From the NCBI GenBank assembly GCA_963742735.1, contig CAVUMN010000004.1, forward strand, positions 704,001 to 768,000: a DNA stretch of 64,000 bases, given 5' to 3'. Below the pieces are notes generated by a model that saw only the letters and a list, made by a program, of their open reading frames with translations, made no database searches and had not been told where the DNA came from. Below are positions 49,640 to 59,114 of this stretch, one piece after another (the first letter of the stretch is position 1; each line of letters opens with the position of its first letter). Source of the stretch: an uncultured Actinomycetes bacterium (GTDB lineage: Bacteria; Actinomycetota; UBA4738; JBBDTT01). The translations under genes and the position numbers were made by a program.

Positions 49640-50341
49640 ATGAGGGCGACCCAGTACGGCCTGCACCTGGAGTCGGGCCCGATGCGCCGCAAGACCATGG
49701 TCCACGTCCTCGACCTCCTCGGGTGCGTCGTGATGATGCCGACCACGGACGAGGCCGTGGACGAGGCGCCGGCGGCGATCCGGCGGTACCTGGAGTTTCT
49801 GGCCGCCCACGGTGAGCCGGTCGATCCGAAGGCCGCGTTCGGCACGGCGATCCGCGAGCACGTCACCGAGGGAACCTTCCTGGGACAGGGCGGGGCGCAC
49901 TTCGCCTGGGACGAGCGGACGATGCGCGCCGGCGAGGTCCGGGCCGCCGCGGCGCGGTTCGGCGGGCTGCGAGCGGCGCTGCTCGAGGCGGCGGAGGAGA
50001 TCCCCTCGACGTGGCTCGCCGTGAAGCCGGCGACGGGTGACCGGGCCCTCGGCGGGATCCTGTTCCACGTCCTGGGAGCGTCGAGTGGCTACCTCAGCTC
50101 GGTGATCGGCGGCACGCCGGAGATCGGCCGCCTGCGAACCCAGGCGGAGAAGGGCGAGCTCCGCGCGATCGACGGGCTCCGGGCGCAGGCGCCGCTCCTC
50201 GCCGAGCGGCTCGAGCAGCTCGCCCCCGGCGGGAAGTCGCGGGCGGCGCTGAAGCGGCCGGAGCAGGTCACCCGGGGGATCCGCCGGCTCCTCGAGCACG
50301 AGTGGGAGCACCTGGAGGAGCTCCGGCGCCGGATGGCGTAA
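49640..50341 (+). CDS. Hypothetical protein (HicB-like N-terminus, DinB-like C-terminus)
   Basis: VHVLDLLGC....T.DEA....AIRRYL.FL.AHGE; ILFHV, RRLLEHEWEH. Confidence 0.6.
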   Translation: MRATQYGLHLESGPMRRKTMVHVLDLLGCVVMMPTTDEAVDEAPAAIRRYLEFLAAHGEPVDPKAAFGTAIREHVTEGTFLGQGGAHFAWDERTMRAGEVRAAAARFGGLRAALLEAAEEIPSTWLAVKPATGDRALGGILFHVLGASSGYLSSVIGGTPEIGRLRTQAEKGELRAIDGLRAQAPLLAERLEQLAPGGKSRAALKRPEQVTRGIRRLLEHEWEHLEELRRRMA

Positions 50342-50352
50342 CGCCCGATTCG

Positions 50353-50380
50353 GGAGGAGCCCGCGCGGGCGGGGTCGAAC
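50353..50380 (+). promoter_or_regulatory. Sigma-H-like promoter of the GH5 gene
   Basis: GGAGGA-N15-GTCGAAC, 8 nt before GTG 50389. Confidence 0.6.
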
Positions 50381-50388
50381 CGAGAAGG

Positions 50389-51888
50389 GTGCGCCGGTCG
50401 CTCGTTCTCCTGCTTGTCCTCGCGCTGCTGCCCGCCGCGCCGGGGGATCGGGCGTCCGGCGCGCCCGCATCGGGGACGCCGAAGCTGATGCCGCGAACCA
50501 TCGACGCGCGGACCCTGCCCCTTGGTCACCGCGGCCGCTGGATCACCGACCGCCACGGCCGGGTGGTGATCATGCACGGGGTCAACATGGTGATGAAGCT
50601 CCCGCCCTACGACCCCGGCCGTCTGGGGTTCGGCGAGGACGACGCCGACTTCCTGGCCTCGGAGGGGTTCAACACCGTGCGCCTGGGCCTGATCTACAAG
50701 GGCCTCGAGCCGAACCGCGGACGCTACGACGACGCGTACCTGGAGCGGATCGCGCGGCTCGCCCGGATGCTGGGGCGCCACGGCATCCACGTCCTGCTCG
50801 ACTTCCATCAGGACCTGTTCAACGAGCGGTTCCACGGCGAGGGGTTCCCCGACTGGGCGGTGATCGACGACGGTCTTCCGGCGCAGCCGGACGTCGGGTT
50901 CCCCGGCAACTACTTCGTGATGCCCGCCCTGTGGCGCGCCTTCGATCACCTGTGGGCGAACGACCCGGGGCCCGACGGGGTGGGGCTGGCGGACGCGTAC
51001 GCCGCGGCCTGGCGGCACGCCGCGACCCGGTTTCGCCGCGAGCCCGCCATCTTCGGCTACGACCTGCTGAACGAGGCCTGGCCCGGTACGCCGTGGCTGA
51101 CGTGCTTGAACCCGGCGGGGTGCCCGGTGTTCGACGCGTCGCTGAAGCCGTTCTACGACCGGATCATCACGCAGATCCGCAAGGTCGACCCGACCCGGCT
51201 GGCGTTCTACGAGACGCACCCGATCTTCGGCGGCGGCGGGGACGTGGCCATCCCGGACCTCGAGGACCCGAACGTCGGGTTCTCGTTCCACGTCTACTGC
51301 CTGGGGGCGCTGTTCGGCGGCTCGCAGACCGGCGCGCCGGAGCAGGTCAACTGTCCCCTGGGTGAGGACCGCCCGTTCGAGCGGGCGGAGGCCCAGAGCG
51401 CGCGGACCGGCGACGCGCTGTTGATGACCGAGTACGGCGCGACCGACGACCTGGACACCATCACGCGGGACGTCGAGGCGTCGGACGCGCACCTGATGTC
51501 GTGGCAGTACTGGTCGTACTTCGGCCTGGACCCCTCCGGCGAACGATCGGCCGAGGGGATCATCATCGACCCCCGCAAGCCGCCACGGCCGGGCAACCTG
51601 AAACAGCCCAAGCTCGGCGTCCTGGTCCGCCCCTATCCGCGGGCCGTGGCCGGCACGCCGACGTTCTGGCGGTTCGACGCCGACGGGCGTTCGTTCGTCT
51701 TCCGGTTCACGACGGACCCGCGCATCCGCGTCCCGACGGAGATCTTCATCCCGGCCCGCCACTACCCGCGCGGCTACCGGCTCGCGGTGGAGGGTCCCGC
51801 TCGAGTGGTCTCCGCGCCGAACGCCCCACTGCTGCTGCTGCGCTCGACCGGTGCCGGTGTGGTGACGGTGACGCTCAGCCCTCGCTGA
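50389..51888 (+). CDS. Secreted GH5 endoglycoceramidase-like glycosidase
   Basis: Signal peptide; GRVVIMHGVN, GFNTVRL, LLDFHQD, GEGFPDWA, DLLNE (acid/base), TEYGA (nucleophile), RPYPRAVAGTP. Confidence 0.85.
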   Translation: MRRSLVLLLVLALLPAAPGDRASGAPASGTPKLMPRTIDARTLPLGHRGRWITDRHGRVVIMHGVNMVMKLPPYDPGRLGFGEDDADFLASEGFNTVRLGLIYKGLEPNRGRYDDAYLERIARLARMLGRHGIHVLLDFHQDLFNERFHGEGFPDWAVIDDGLPAQPDVGFPGNYFVMPALWRAFDHLWANDPGPDGVGLADAYAAAWRHAATRFRREPAIFGYDLLNEAWPGTPWLTCLNPAGCPVFDASLKPFYDRIITQIRKVDPTRLAFYETHPIFGGGGDVAIPDLEDPNVGFSFHVYCLGALFGGSQTGAPEQVNCPLGEDRPFERAEAQSARTGDALLMTEYGATDDLDTITRDVEASDAHLMSWQYWSYFGLDPSGERSAEGIIIDPRKPPRPGNLKQPKLGVLVRPYPRAVAGTPTFWRFDADGRSFVFRFTTDPRIRVPTEIFIPARHYPRGYRLAVEGPARVVSAPNAPLLLLRSTGAGVVTVTLSPR

Positions 51889-53836
51889 GGGCGATCGGGG
51901 CGCCGAGCAGCTCGTCCGGGATCGAGAACGCGTCGACGAGGTCCACGGCGACGGGACGAAGGTCCGCGCAGGCCTCGTTCACCAGCCTGACGATCGCCTT
52001 GGAGCTGCGCGGCGACAGGTGGCCGTGCTCGATGAACCAGCCCCGGTCGCGCTCGATCCTCGACAGCGCGTGGAGGTCGCCCAGGCGATCGAGCGCCTCG
52101 CGCGCACCCTTGTTTCGGACCTTCCGCGTGCGGGTCGTGAAGGACTCGATGACCACGCGGTCCACGTGGGCCATCGCGGTCGAGACGACGTGGTCCTGAG
52201 CCGCGACGAACGCGCCGAACGGGTCCTCCTTCATCCCCTTGCGGAGCCGTCGACCCAGCCCCTCGAGCAGGTGCTCCTCCCGGAACCGCATCGCCTGCAG
52301 GTGGGCGCCCCTGGGAAGGAGCTCTCCCTCGCCGGCCTGGCCGGGGACGGCCGCGATCATGCCGACCAGCCCGGCCGGCACGCGCTCGCTGATCACGTCG
52401 ACCACCCGGGACGCCACATAGCGCATCGTCTCGAACAGGTCCAGGTCGCCGAACTCCTCCTGGTAGTCGGTGAGCAGGCTGCGCGCGACGAGCTGGAGCA
52501 GGACGGTGTTGTCGCCCTCGAAGGTCGTGAACACCTCGGTGTCGGCGGCCAGCGAGGCGAAGCGGTTCTCGGCCAGGTAGCCGGCGCCGCCGCACGCCTC
52601 GCGGCACGCGCGGATGGTCTCGACGGCGTGCCAGGTCGCGTAGGCCTTCAGCCCGGCCGCGTGCGCCTCCAGACGGCGGCGGTCGCGCGCCGACGTCCGA
52701 GCCCTGGACTGCGAGCGCGCGTACGACGCCACCAGGTCCTTCACCGCGAAGTCCAGCGCGTACGTCGTCGCCAGCGCGGGCAGGAGCCGCCGCTGGTGGG
52801 TCCGGTAGTCCAGGAGCGGGACCTCCTCGCCCCCGGGCGGGCCGAACTGGCGGCGGCGGTCCCCGTACCGGATGGCGATCGTGAGGGCGGACTTCGCCGC
52901 GCTCACCGAGGCGGCCGCGATGCAGATCCGCCCCTGGATCAGCGCGCCGAGCATCGTGAAGAAGCGACGGCCCGGCTCCGCGATCGAGCTCGAGTAGCGG
53001 CCGTCGGCGTCGACGTCGGCGAACCGGTTCAGCAACGCGTCGCGGGGGACGCGCACCCGCTCGAACCGGATGCGGCCGTTGTCGACGCCGTTCAGGCCCA
53101 TCTTCTGGCCGCAGTCCTCGATGCGGACGCCCTTGCGGGGCCGCCCGCGGGCGTCGCGGATCGGCACCAGCAGCGCGTGGACGCCGTGGCCCTCGCCGGC
53201 CACCTCGAGCTGGGCGAACACCACGGCCATCCGCCCGTCGGCGGCCGCGTTGCCGATGTAGTCCTTGCGGGCCGACGCGTTCGGTGTGTGCACCACGAAC
53301 TCGCCGGCCTCGGCGTCGTAGCGCGCGATCGTCTCCAGCTCCCGGACGTTCGAGCCGTGTCCGGTCTCGGTCATCGCGAAGCAGCCGGGCAGGTCCCCCG
53401 TCCCCGCGTCGCGCAGGTAGCGCGCGTGATGCTCGGCGTTCCCGAGCTGCTGGATCGCCCCGCCGAACAGCCCGATCTGCACGCCGAGCTTCACCAGCAG
53501 CGAGAGGTCGTGGAACGCGACGGTCTCGAACAGCGCGATGTTGCCGGCGGCGTCCCCGGCGCCGCCCACCTCCGGGGGAAACGCGGTCAGCCCGGAGCCG
53601 TCCTTCAGGAGCTGTCGCAGCCACCGCATGACCAGGGCGCGATAGGCGTCGGTGTCGAGGCCGTACCGGTAGGCGAACCCGGGCTTCGACAACGCCGTGC
53701 GGCATCGTTCGCGGAGCTCGGCGTGGTCGCCGTCGAGGACCTTCGCCAGTGCGGGGACGTCGAACGAGGGCGGGGCGGCCGGGGGGCGGGGTCCGTCCCG
53801 CTCGGCCTTCGCGGAGTTGGGGGAGGCGGTCGACGT
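51875..53836 (-). CDS. Acyl-CoA oxidase/dehydrogenase
   Basis: GCFAMTETGHGSNV, KDYIGNAA, KMGLNGVDNG, RRQFG, CREACGGAGY, TFEGDN; first canonical start is TTG 53692, frame extends to ACG 53836. Confidence 0.9.
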   Translation of the reverse strand, partial: TSTASPNSAKAERDGPRPPAAPPSFDVPALAKVLDGDHAELRERCRTALSKPGFAYRYGLDTDAYRALVMRWLRQLLKDGSGLTAFPPEVGGAGDAAGNIALFETVAFHDLSLLVKLGVQIGLFGGAIQQLGNAEHHARYLRDAGTGDLPGCFAMTETGHGSNVRELETIARYDAEAGEFVVHTPNASARKDYIGNAAADGRMAVVFAQLEVAGEGHGVHALLVPIRDARGRPRKGVRIEDCGQKMGLNGVDNGRIRFERVRVPRDALLNRFADVDADGRYSSSIAEPGRRFFTMLGALIQGRICIAAASVSAAKSALTIAIRYGDRRRQFGPPGGEEVPLLDYRTHQRRLLPALATTYALDFAVKDLVASYARSQSRARTSARDRRRLEAHAAGLKAYATWHAVETIRACREACGGAGYLAENRFASLAADTEVFTTFEGDNTVLLQLVARSLLTDYQEEFGDLDLFETMRYVASRVVDVISERVPAGLVGMIAAVPGQAGEGELLPRGAHLQAMRFREEHLLEGLGRRLRKGMKEDPFGAFVAAQDHVVSTAMAHVDRVVIESFTTRTRKVRNKGAREALDRLGDLHALSRIERDRGWFIEHGHLSPRSSKAIVRLVNEACADLRPVAVDLVDAFSIPDELLGAPIALSEG

Positions 53837-53886
53837 GGTGGGCGAACCCTAGCCCCGGGGCTCGCCCCTCACAAGCTCGGGCCGGG

Positions 53887-55077
53887 TCACGACGGGGTCG
53901 CGGCCGGCCGGCGCGCGGGCCGCTCGAACCGGCCGAAGAGCCACACCAGCCCGACCAGGAACACCGCCGGGACCAGCTCCCACAGGGGCCGCTCGGCCCA
54001 CCACGAGGCGGTGGTGTCGCCCTGCTGTCCGAACCCGATCGGCCACAGCACGAAGATCGCCAGCAGGAACGCCGTCATGTGCCACAGGAACAGGGTCATC
54101 ACGATGGTGTTCAGCGAGATCACCGCGGCCCACACCTTTCGGCGCTGCAGCCAGCGGGACAGGACCGGACGCAGCAGCATGACCGCGCCGATGCTCCAGA
54201 TCCCCATCGCCAGCATCATCAGCGTGGGCGGGTTCGTGTTCGTGATGAGCTCGACGTCGGTCCCCAGCAGGCTCCGGGGGTAGATGCTCACGCCGGGCCA
54301 CACGCGGTTCAGGTTGGTGAACGCCATCATCGCCAGGAACCCGATCACGGCCATCGCCGCGAACCCCTTCGTCCCGAGCTTCAGCAGACGGCCTTCGGCG
54401 TAGAAGTAGCCGAGCTGGTGGGCGAACAGGAACACCAGCCACACGTTCGCGAACCCGATCCCCTCCACGTCCAGGCCGAAGCGGACGATGTCGACCGCGA
54501 TCGCCCCCAGGACGAACGCGATCGGGACGGCCGCGCCGAACCGATCGTGGAGCCAGATCGTGACCGGGCTCACCATGACGACGACCAGGTACACGGCCAG
54601 GAACCACAGGGGGCCGAACGGGATCGTCGCCCCCGGCGGGCGCATCCCGCGGAGCCAGGGGACCTCGGGCCTGACGCCGCCGGTGTCGGTCAGGTGCAGG
54701 ATCACCTGGATCACCACCCAGATCCCCACGAAGATCAGCGACGGCTTCAGGAGCCGCTCGGCCCGAGTCCACAGGAACCGCCACACCGGCTCGCCGCGCT
54801 TGCGGTACGAGCGATACGACGTGAAGTTCGAGAAGCCCCCGACGAAGAAGAAGATCGGGATCACCTGCATGGCCCAGGTGAGCATCCACAGCCAGGACGT
54901 CAGCCCGATCGCCGAGACCGACCGGATGATCCCGTCCTCCCAGATGATCACGCCGATGAACCAGTGGCCGAAGACCACGGTCACGATGCTCGCCGCGCGC
55001 AGGAAGTCCATGAACCGGTCCCGGGAGCCGGGCGTGGCGTCGACCAGGTCCTGCAGGGTGGTTTTCGGGGCGGGCAT
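53887..55077 (-). CDS. Acyltransferase family 3 membrane protein
   Basis: RDRFMDFLRA, VVFGHW, QVIPIFFFVGGF, LWFLAVY, NTNPPT, MTLFLWH. Confidence 0.9.
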   Translation of the reverse strand: MPAPKTTLQDLVDATPGSRDRFMDFLRAASIVTVVFGHWFIGVIIWEDGIIRSVSAIGLTSWLWMLTWAMQVIPIFFFVGGFSNFTSYRSYRKRGEPVWRFLWTRAERLLKPSLIFVGIWVVIQVILHLTDTGGVRPEVPWLRGMRPPGATIPFGPLWFLAVYLVVVMVSPVTIWLHDRFGAAVPIAFVLGAIAVDIVRFGLDVEGIGFANVWLVFLFAHQLGYFYAEGRLLKLGTKGFAAMAVIGFLAMMAFTNLNRVWPGVSIYPRSLLGTDVELITNTNPPTLMMLAMGIWSIGAVMLLRPVLSRWLQRRKVWAAVISLNTIVMTLFLWHMTAFLLAIFVLWPIGFGQQGDTTASWWAERPLWELVPAVFLVGLVWLFGRFERPARRPAATPS

Positions 55078-55124
55078 CGGCGTCAGTATCGCGCGCCGGG
55101 GCGCTCGGCCGAGTTGCCCGAGGG

Positions 55125-55145
55125 TTTGTTTATAGACTTGACGAA
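55125..55145 (+). promoter_or_regulatory. Putative ROK-family operator overlapping a leaderless -10 box
   Basis: TTTGTT-N9-GACGAA imperfect inverted repeat containing TAGACT, directly before ATG 55146. Confidence 0.5.
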
Positions 55146-56051
55146 ATGGCGCCCATCGGGACCGAACGCGTCGCCGCGGCGTGGACCGACGTCCGCGTGC
55201 TGGACACGGACCGCGGACCGATCGAGGTGGCCACGGCCGGCGCCGGACCCGCGGTGCTGGTGATCCACGGCACCCCCGGCTCGTGGCGGCAGTGCTTCAG
55301 CCTGGCCGAGGACCTGGCCGACGCGTACACGATCGTCGCGCCGTCGAGGCCAGGCTACGGGCAAACCCCGGTGTCCTCGGGCCGCACCTTCGAGGAGCAG
55401 GCGGCGGCGTACGCCGCGGTCCTCGACGCGCAGGGGATCGAGCGCGCCGCGATCGTGGGAGCCTCCGGAGGCGCGCCGTCGGCCCTCGCCTTCGCGCAGA
55501 CCCAGGCCGGCCGGTGCACGGCGCTGGTCCTGTGCTGCCCGGTGGTGCCGATGCGCATCCGGCTCCCGTGGCCGCTGCGGTATCTCCTGGCGCCTCGCGG
55601 GCTCGGCGAGGCGCTCTCCGGCCTGGAGCGCTCGATCAACCGGCGGCGCATCGAGGATCCCAAGGCCGTCGACAAGTGGCTGCGTACGAACCTGACCCCT
55701 GACGAGCTGAAGCGCATGCTCGAGACCGCGGGGATGCGCGAGGACCTCGTCGAGTTCTCGCGGACGCACCTCGACGCGCCGGCCGGGCTCGCCGGTCTCC
55801 GCAACGACCTGGCCCAGGTGCGATCCGCGAAGCGCGCTCCCGAGGCGGCCGTGGAGGTGGGCGCGCCGACGCTGGTGATGCAGGGCGACGCCGACCCGGT
55901 CGTCCCGCTCGCCGACGCCCAGCACCTGGCCGCCGTCATCTCCGGGTCCGACCTCGAGGTGTACGCGGACGCGGGACACGCGTTCTTCTTCACCCGCCGG
56001 CGCGAGGTGAACGAGCGGCTCCGGACGTTCTTCGGGCGGGTGCTGCGATGA
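55146..56051 (+). CDS. Alpha/beta hydrolase
   Basis: IHGTPG, SRPGYG, GASGG nucleophile elbow, QGDADPVV, AGH. Confidence 0.88.
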   Translation: MAPIGTERVAAAWTDVRVLDTDRGPIEVATAGAGPAVLVIHGTPGSWRQCFSLAEDLADAYTIVAPSRPGYGQTPVSSGRTFEEQAAAYAAVLDAQGIERAAIVGASGGAPSALAFAQTQAGRCTALVLCCPVVPMRIRLPWPLRYLLAPRGLGEALSGLERSINRRRIEDPKAVDKWLRTNLTPDELKRMLETAGMREDLVEFSRTHLDAPAGLAGLRNDLAQVRSAKRAPEAAVEVGAPTLVMQGDADPVVPLADAQHLAAVISGSDLEVYADAGHAFFFTRRREVNERLRTFFGRVLR

Positions 56052-57187
56052 GCTGGCGGGTGGGGTTCGGCTCGGCGGCCATCACGCCCGCCGTGCCCGT
56101 TCGCCTGGCCGGGTTCTCCGAGCGGACGGAGCCGGCGGCGAGCGTCCACGACGAGCTCGAGGTCCGGACGATGTGGATCGACGACGGGACCCGTTCGGCC
56201 TGCCTGCTGGTACTGGACCTGCTCGGGCTCTCGGAGGAGTTCTCGGATCCGGTCCGCGACGCGATCGCCGGCGACCTCGGCGTGGGCCGGGAGGCGGTAC
56301 TGACCGCGGCCACGCACACTCACAACGGCCCGAACGCGATCCGCGGCGGCGAGCTCCTGGGGTGGGGCAGCCCGGAGGGCTACGCGGAGCTGCTCGTCGA
56401 ACGGTGCCGGGCCGCGGCGCAGGCCGCGCGCGACGCCGCCGAGCCGGCCACCCTCCACGCGGCCGGCGCGGCCCTGCCCGAGGGCCTGTCGATGAACCGG
56501 CGCGGACTTCCCTACGATCCACGGTTCTCCGTTCTGGACGTGCGCCGCCCGGACGGGAGCCGCGCGGGAACGCTCGCCAACGTGTCGATCCATCCGGTCG
56601 TCCTCGGCTCGCCGTGGCTCGAGGTGTCCGCCGACTGGGTGGGCCCGTTCCGGACCGCGCTCGAGGCCGCCGGCGGCGGGACCGCGATCCTGCTGTCCGG
56701 CCCGCTGGGCGACGTGAACCCGGTCGAGCACCACCAGGACGTTCCGACGCACCTGGCCGGGGCGATCGAGGAGGCCACCACGCTGGCCGCCGGCGTCGCG
56801 GAGGCGGTGTCGCGTGCGGTGGAGGCGGCGGAGCCCGTGACCGGCGGCCTGGCGGTCGCGTCGGACTCCGTGACGGTTCCCGTCGCCGGCACGCCGCTCG
56901 CCGGGCTGCTCGGGGTGAGCGAGGTCACCGTCGAGCTGATCGAGTGGGCGATCGGCGACGTCCGGCTGGCGTCGGTTCCCGGGGAGCCCTTCCACGCCCT
57001 GGGCCGGCGGATCGAGGCGGCCCGCCGCGGCGTGACGCTCATCGCGGGGCTGGCCCCCGTGTGGGCCGGCTACCTGCCCGAGCCGTACGGCGAGGGGTAC
57101 GAGGAGACGGTCTCGCTGGGCCCGGAGGCCGTACGGGCGATCTCCGACGCGGTGGTCGGCGGCGTGCTTCAGGGGGCCGCGACGTGA
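56048..57187 (+). CDS. Neutral/alkaline ceramidase N-terminal-like amidohydrolase
   Basis: ITPAVPVRLAGF, VHDELEVR, ATHTHNGP, IHPV, SADW.G, GDVNP, VPGEPF, GYLP, GYE. Confidence 0.75.
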   Translation: MSWRVGFGSAAITPAVPVRLAGFSERTEPAASVHDELEVRTMWIDDGTRSACLLVLDLLGLSEEFSDPVRDAIAGDLGVGREAVLTAATHTHNGPNAIRGGELLGWGSPEGYAELLVERCRAAAQAARDAAEPATLHAAGAALPEGLSMNRRGLPYDPRFSVLDVRRPDGSRAGTLANVSIHPVVLGSPWLEVSADWVGPFRTALEAAGGGTAILLSGPLGDVNPVEHHQDVPTHLAGAIEEATTLAAGVAEAVSRAVEAAEPVTGGLAVASDSVTVPVAGTPLAGLLGVSEVTVELIEWAIGDVRLASVPGEPFHALGRRIEAARRGVTLIAGLAPVWAGYLPEPYGEGYEETVSLGPEAVRAISDAVVGGVLQGAAT

Positions 57188-58410
57188 CCACCGGGTCCGG
57201 CACGGTCGTGGGCGAGAGCCGAAACGGCGGGCAGGTCTCCTTCGCGCCGGTGATGTCGCCGACCCGGATGGGCGACGTCAACCGGTCGCGGGTCCTGCAG
57301 GCGCTGTGCGACGTCGGCCCGCTGACCCGCGCCGAGCTGGCCCGCCTGGCCGGCGTCCCGCGGGCCACGATCTCGGGCATCGTCCGGCCCCTGCTGGACA
57401 GCGGCCTGCTCGAGGAGGGGGACCCCGACCGCAGCGTGGCCCGGGTCGGAAAGCCCGGGCGGCCGCTGTGGTTCCGCTCCGGCGCCGGCCTGTCGGGCGC
57501 GGTGGCGCTTCGCGGCGACGGGTGCGAGGCGGCGCTGGTGAGCGCCCGCGGCGAGATCGTCGCGCACCACCAGGCCGTGCTCTCCGACCCGGGCGATCTC
57601 GCGGCCGTGCACCGCGACCTGTTCGGCTGTCTCGAGGGTGCGCTGGGATCCAGGCGCGGCGAGATCCTGGGGATCGGCGTGGCCGTCCCGGGGGTGTGCG
57701 ACTCGTCGACCGGGACCGTGGTCGGCTCCTCGCAGGTCCCGGCGCTCACCGGACATCGGCTCGGACCCGAGCTCCAGCGGGAGATCGGCGTGAAGGTGGT
57801 CATCGACAACGACTCCCGGGCCCAGGCCCTGGGCGAGAAGTGGTTCGGGGAGGGCCGAGGGTTCAGCCACTTCGCCGCGATCCAGACCGGCCACGGCCTG
57901 GGCGCCGGCCTGGTGCTGGGTGGCCAGGTGTTCCGGGGGACCGGCGGCCGCGTCGGGGAGATCGGCCACATCCCGGTCGACGGCGAGGGAGTCTGCGCGT
58001 GCGGGCTCCGCGGATGCTGGGAGACCATCGCGACCCTGCGCTGGGTCCGGGCGGAGGCGAGGGCGGCGAAGCTCCCGGGGGCGGCGGCGATGGATGCCCG
58101 CGCCTTGTCGAGGCTCGCGGAGGAGGGATCGGCTGGCGCGGCGGACCTGCTCGACCGGTACGCGGCGAACCTCGCCCGCGGGGTGGCCACGCTGGTCCAG
58201 GTCGTGAACCCCGACCGGATCATCCTGCACGGCGACGCCGTGGGCGGGGGCGAGCCGTTCCGCGAGGCGATCGCCGGGCACGTCCGGTCGCGTTCGCTGC
58301 CCCACCTCCGCGAGGGGGTGGACATCGTCCTGTCCAGGCTCGACCAGCAGGCCGGGCTGCTCGGCGCGGCTGGACTCGTCCTGTCCGAGACGTTCAATCT
58401 GGCGACATGA
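57184..58410 (+). CDS. ROK family transcriptional repressor (NagC/XylR-like)
   Basis: NRSRVL...LTRAELA HTH, GKPG, GIGVAVPG, IDND, GLGAG, GEIGH, CACGLRGCWE. Confidence 0.92.
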   Translation: MTTGSGTVVGESRNGGQVSFAPVMSPTRMGDVNRSRVLQALCDVGPLTRAELARLAGVPRATISGIVRPLLDSGLLEEGDPDRSVARVGKPGRPLWFRSGAGLSGAVALRGDGCEAALVSARGEIVAHHQAVLSDPGDLAAVHRDLFGCLEGALGSRRGEILGIGVAVPGVCDSSTGTVVGSSQVPALTGHRLGPELQREIGVKVVIDNDSRAQALGEKWFGEGRGFSHFAAIQTGHGLGAGLVLGGQVFRGTGGRVGEIGHIPVDGEGVCACGLRGCWETIATLRWVRAEARAAKLPGAAAMDARALSRLAEEGSAGAADLLDRYAANLARGVATLVQVVNPDRIILHGDAVGGGEPFREAIAGHVRSRSLPHLREGVDIVLSRLDQQAGLLGAAGLVLSETFNLAT

Positions 58411-59114
58411 CCGCGCGGGCCGTCTGCGTCGAGCTCGGAGGAGGAGGCGCCCAGACCATCGTGTTCGAGGCCGACGGTCGGACGACGTTCCACGACGGCG
58501 CCCGCAACGAGGACGGCCCCCTGCTGCTCGCCGTTCCCGGCATCGTCAAGGGCGACCGCGTGGTGGCCGCCTCGAACCTCGGCTGGTACGACGTCGACCC
58601 CGTCAGGGAGCTCGGGCTGCGGGGTCCCGCGGACGTGGTGGCCAACGACGCCGAGGCCGCCGCCCTGGGCGAGTCGGTGCTGCGCGGGCTGGTGGACCTG
58701 GCGTACATGGGCCTGGGGACCGGGATCGGCGGCGCGATCGTCTTCGAGGGCCGCGTCGCCCAGACCGAGGTGTTCGGGCACCGGACCGGCTACTCGGACC
58801 TGCCGTGTCCCTGCGGCCGCGTGGGATGCCTGGAGACCGTGGCCGCGGGGTGGGCGCTGCCCAGCCCGGTTCCGCCCGAGCGGATCCCCGAGGTCGCGTC
58901 GGCGCTGGCCACGGCGCTGGAGGACCCGTCCCTGCCGAACCTGGTCGTGGTCGCCGGGGGGCTGGTGACCGACAACCCCGTGATCGTCGAGGAGCTCCGG
59001 GCTCGCGTCACCCGCCGGACCGTCGAGACGTCCCGCGCCCCGGCCCAGGCGAAGTCCGCGGCGGCCTGGGGCCTGCTCCGCCTGGCCGGCCTGGACGCCG
59101 GCGTCCCGACCTAG
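58407..59114 (+). CDS. Compact ROK family sugar kinase-like protein
   Basis: VELGGG, AVPG, SNLGW, ANDAEAAALGE, GLGTGIGG, GH, CPCGRVGCLE. Confidence 0.8.
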   Translation: MTARAVCVELGGGGAQTIVFEADGRTTFHDGARNEDGPLLLAVPGIVKGDRVVAASNLGWYDVDPVRELGLRGPADVVANDAEAAALGESVLRGLVDLAYMGLGTGIGGAIVFEGRVAQTEVFGHRTGYSDLPCPCGRVGCLETVAAGWALPSPVPPERIPEVASALATALEDPSLPNLVVVAGGLVTDNPVIVEELRARVTRRTVETSRAPAQAKSAAAWGLLRLAGLDAGVPT

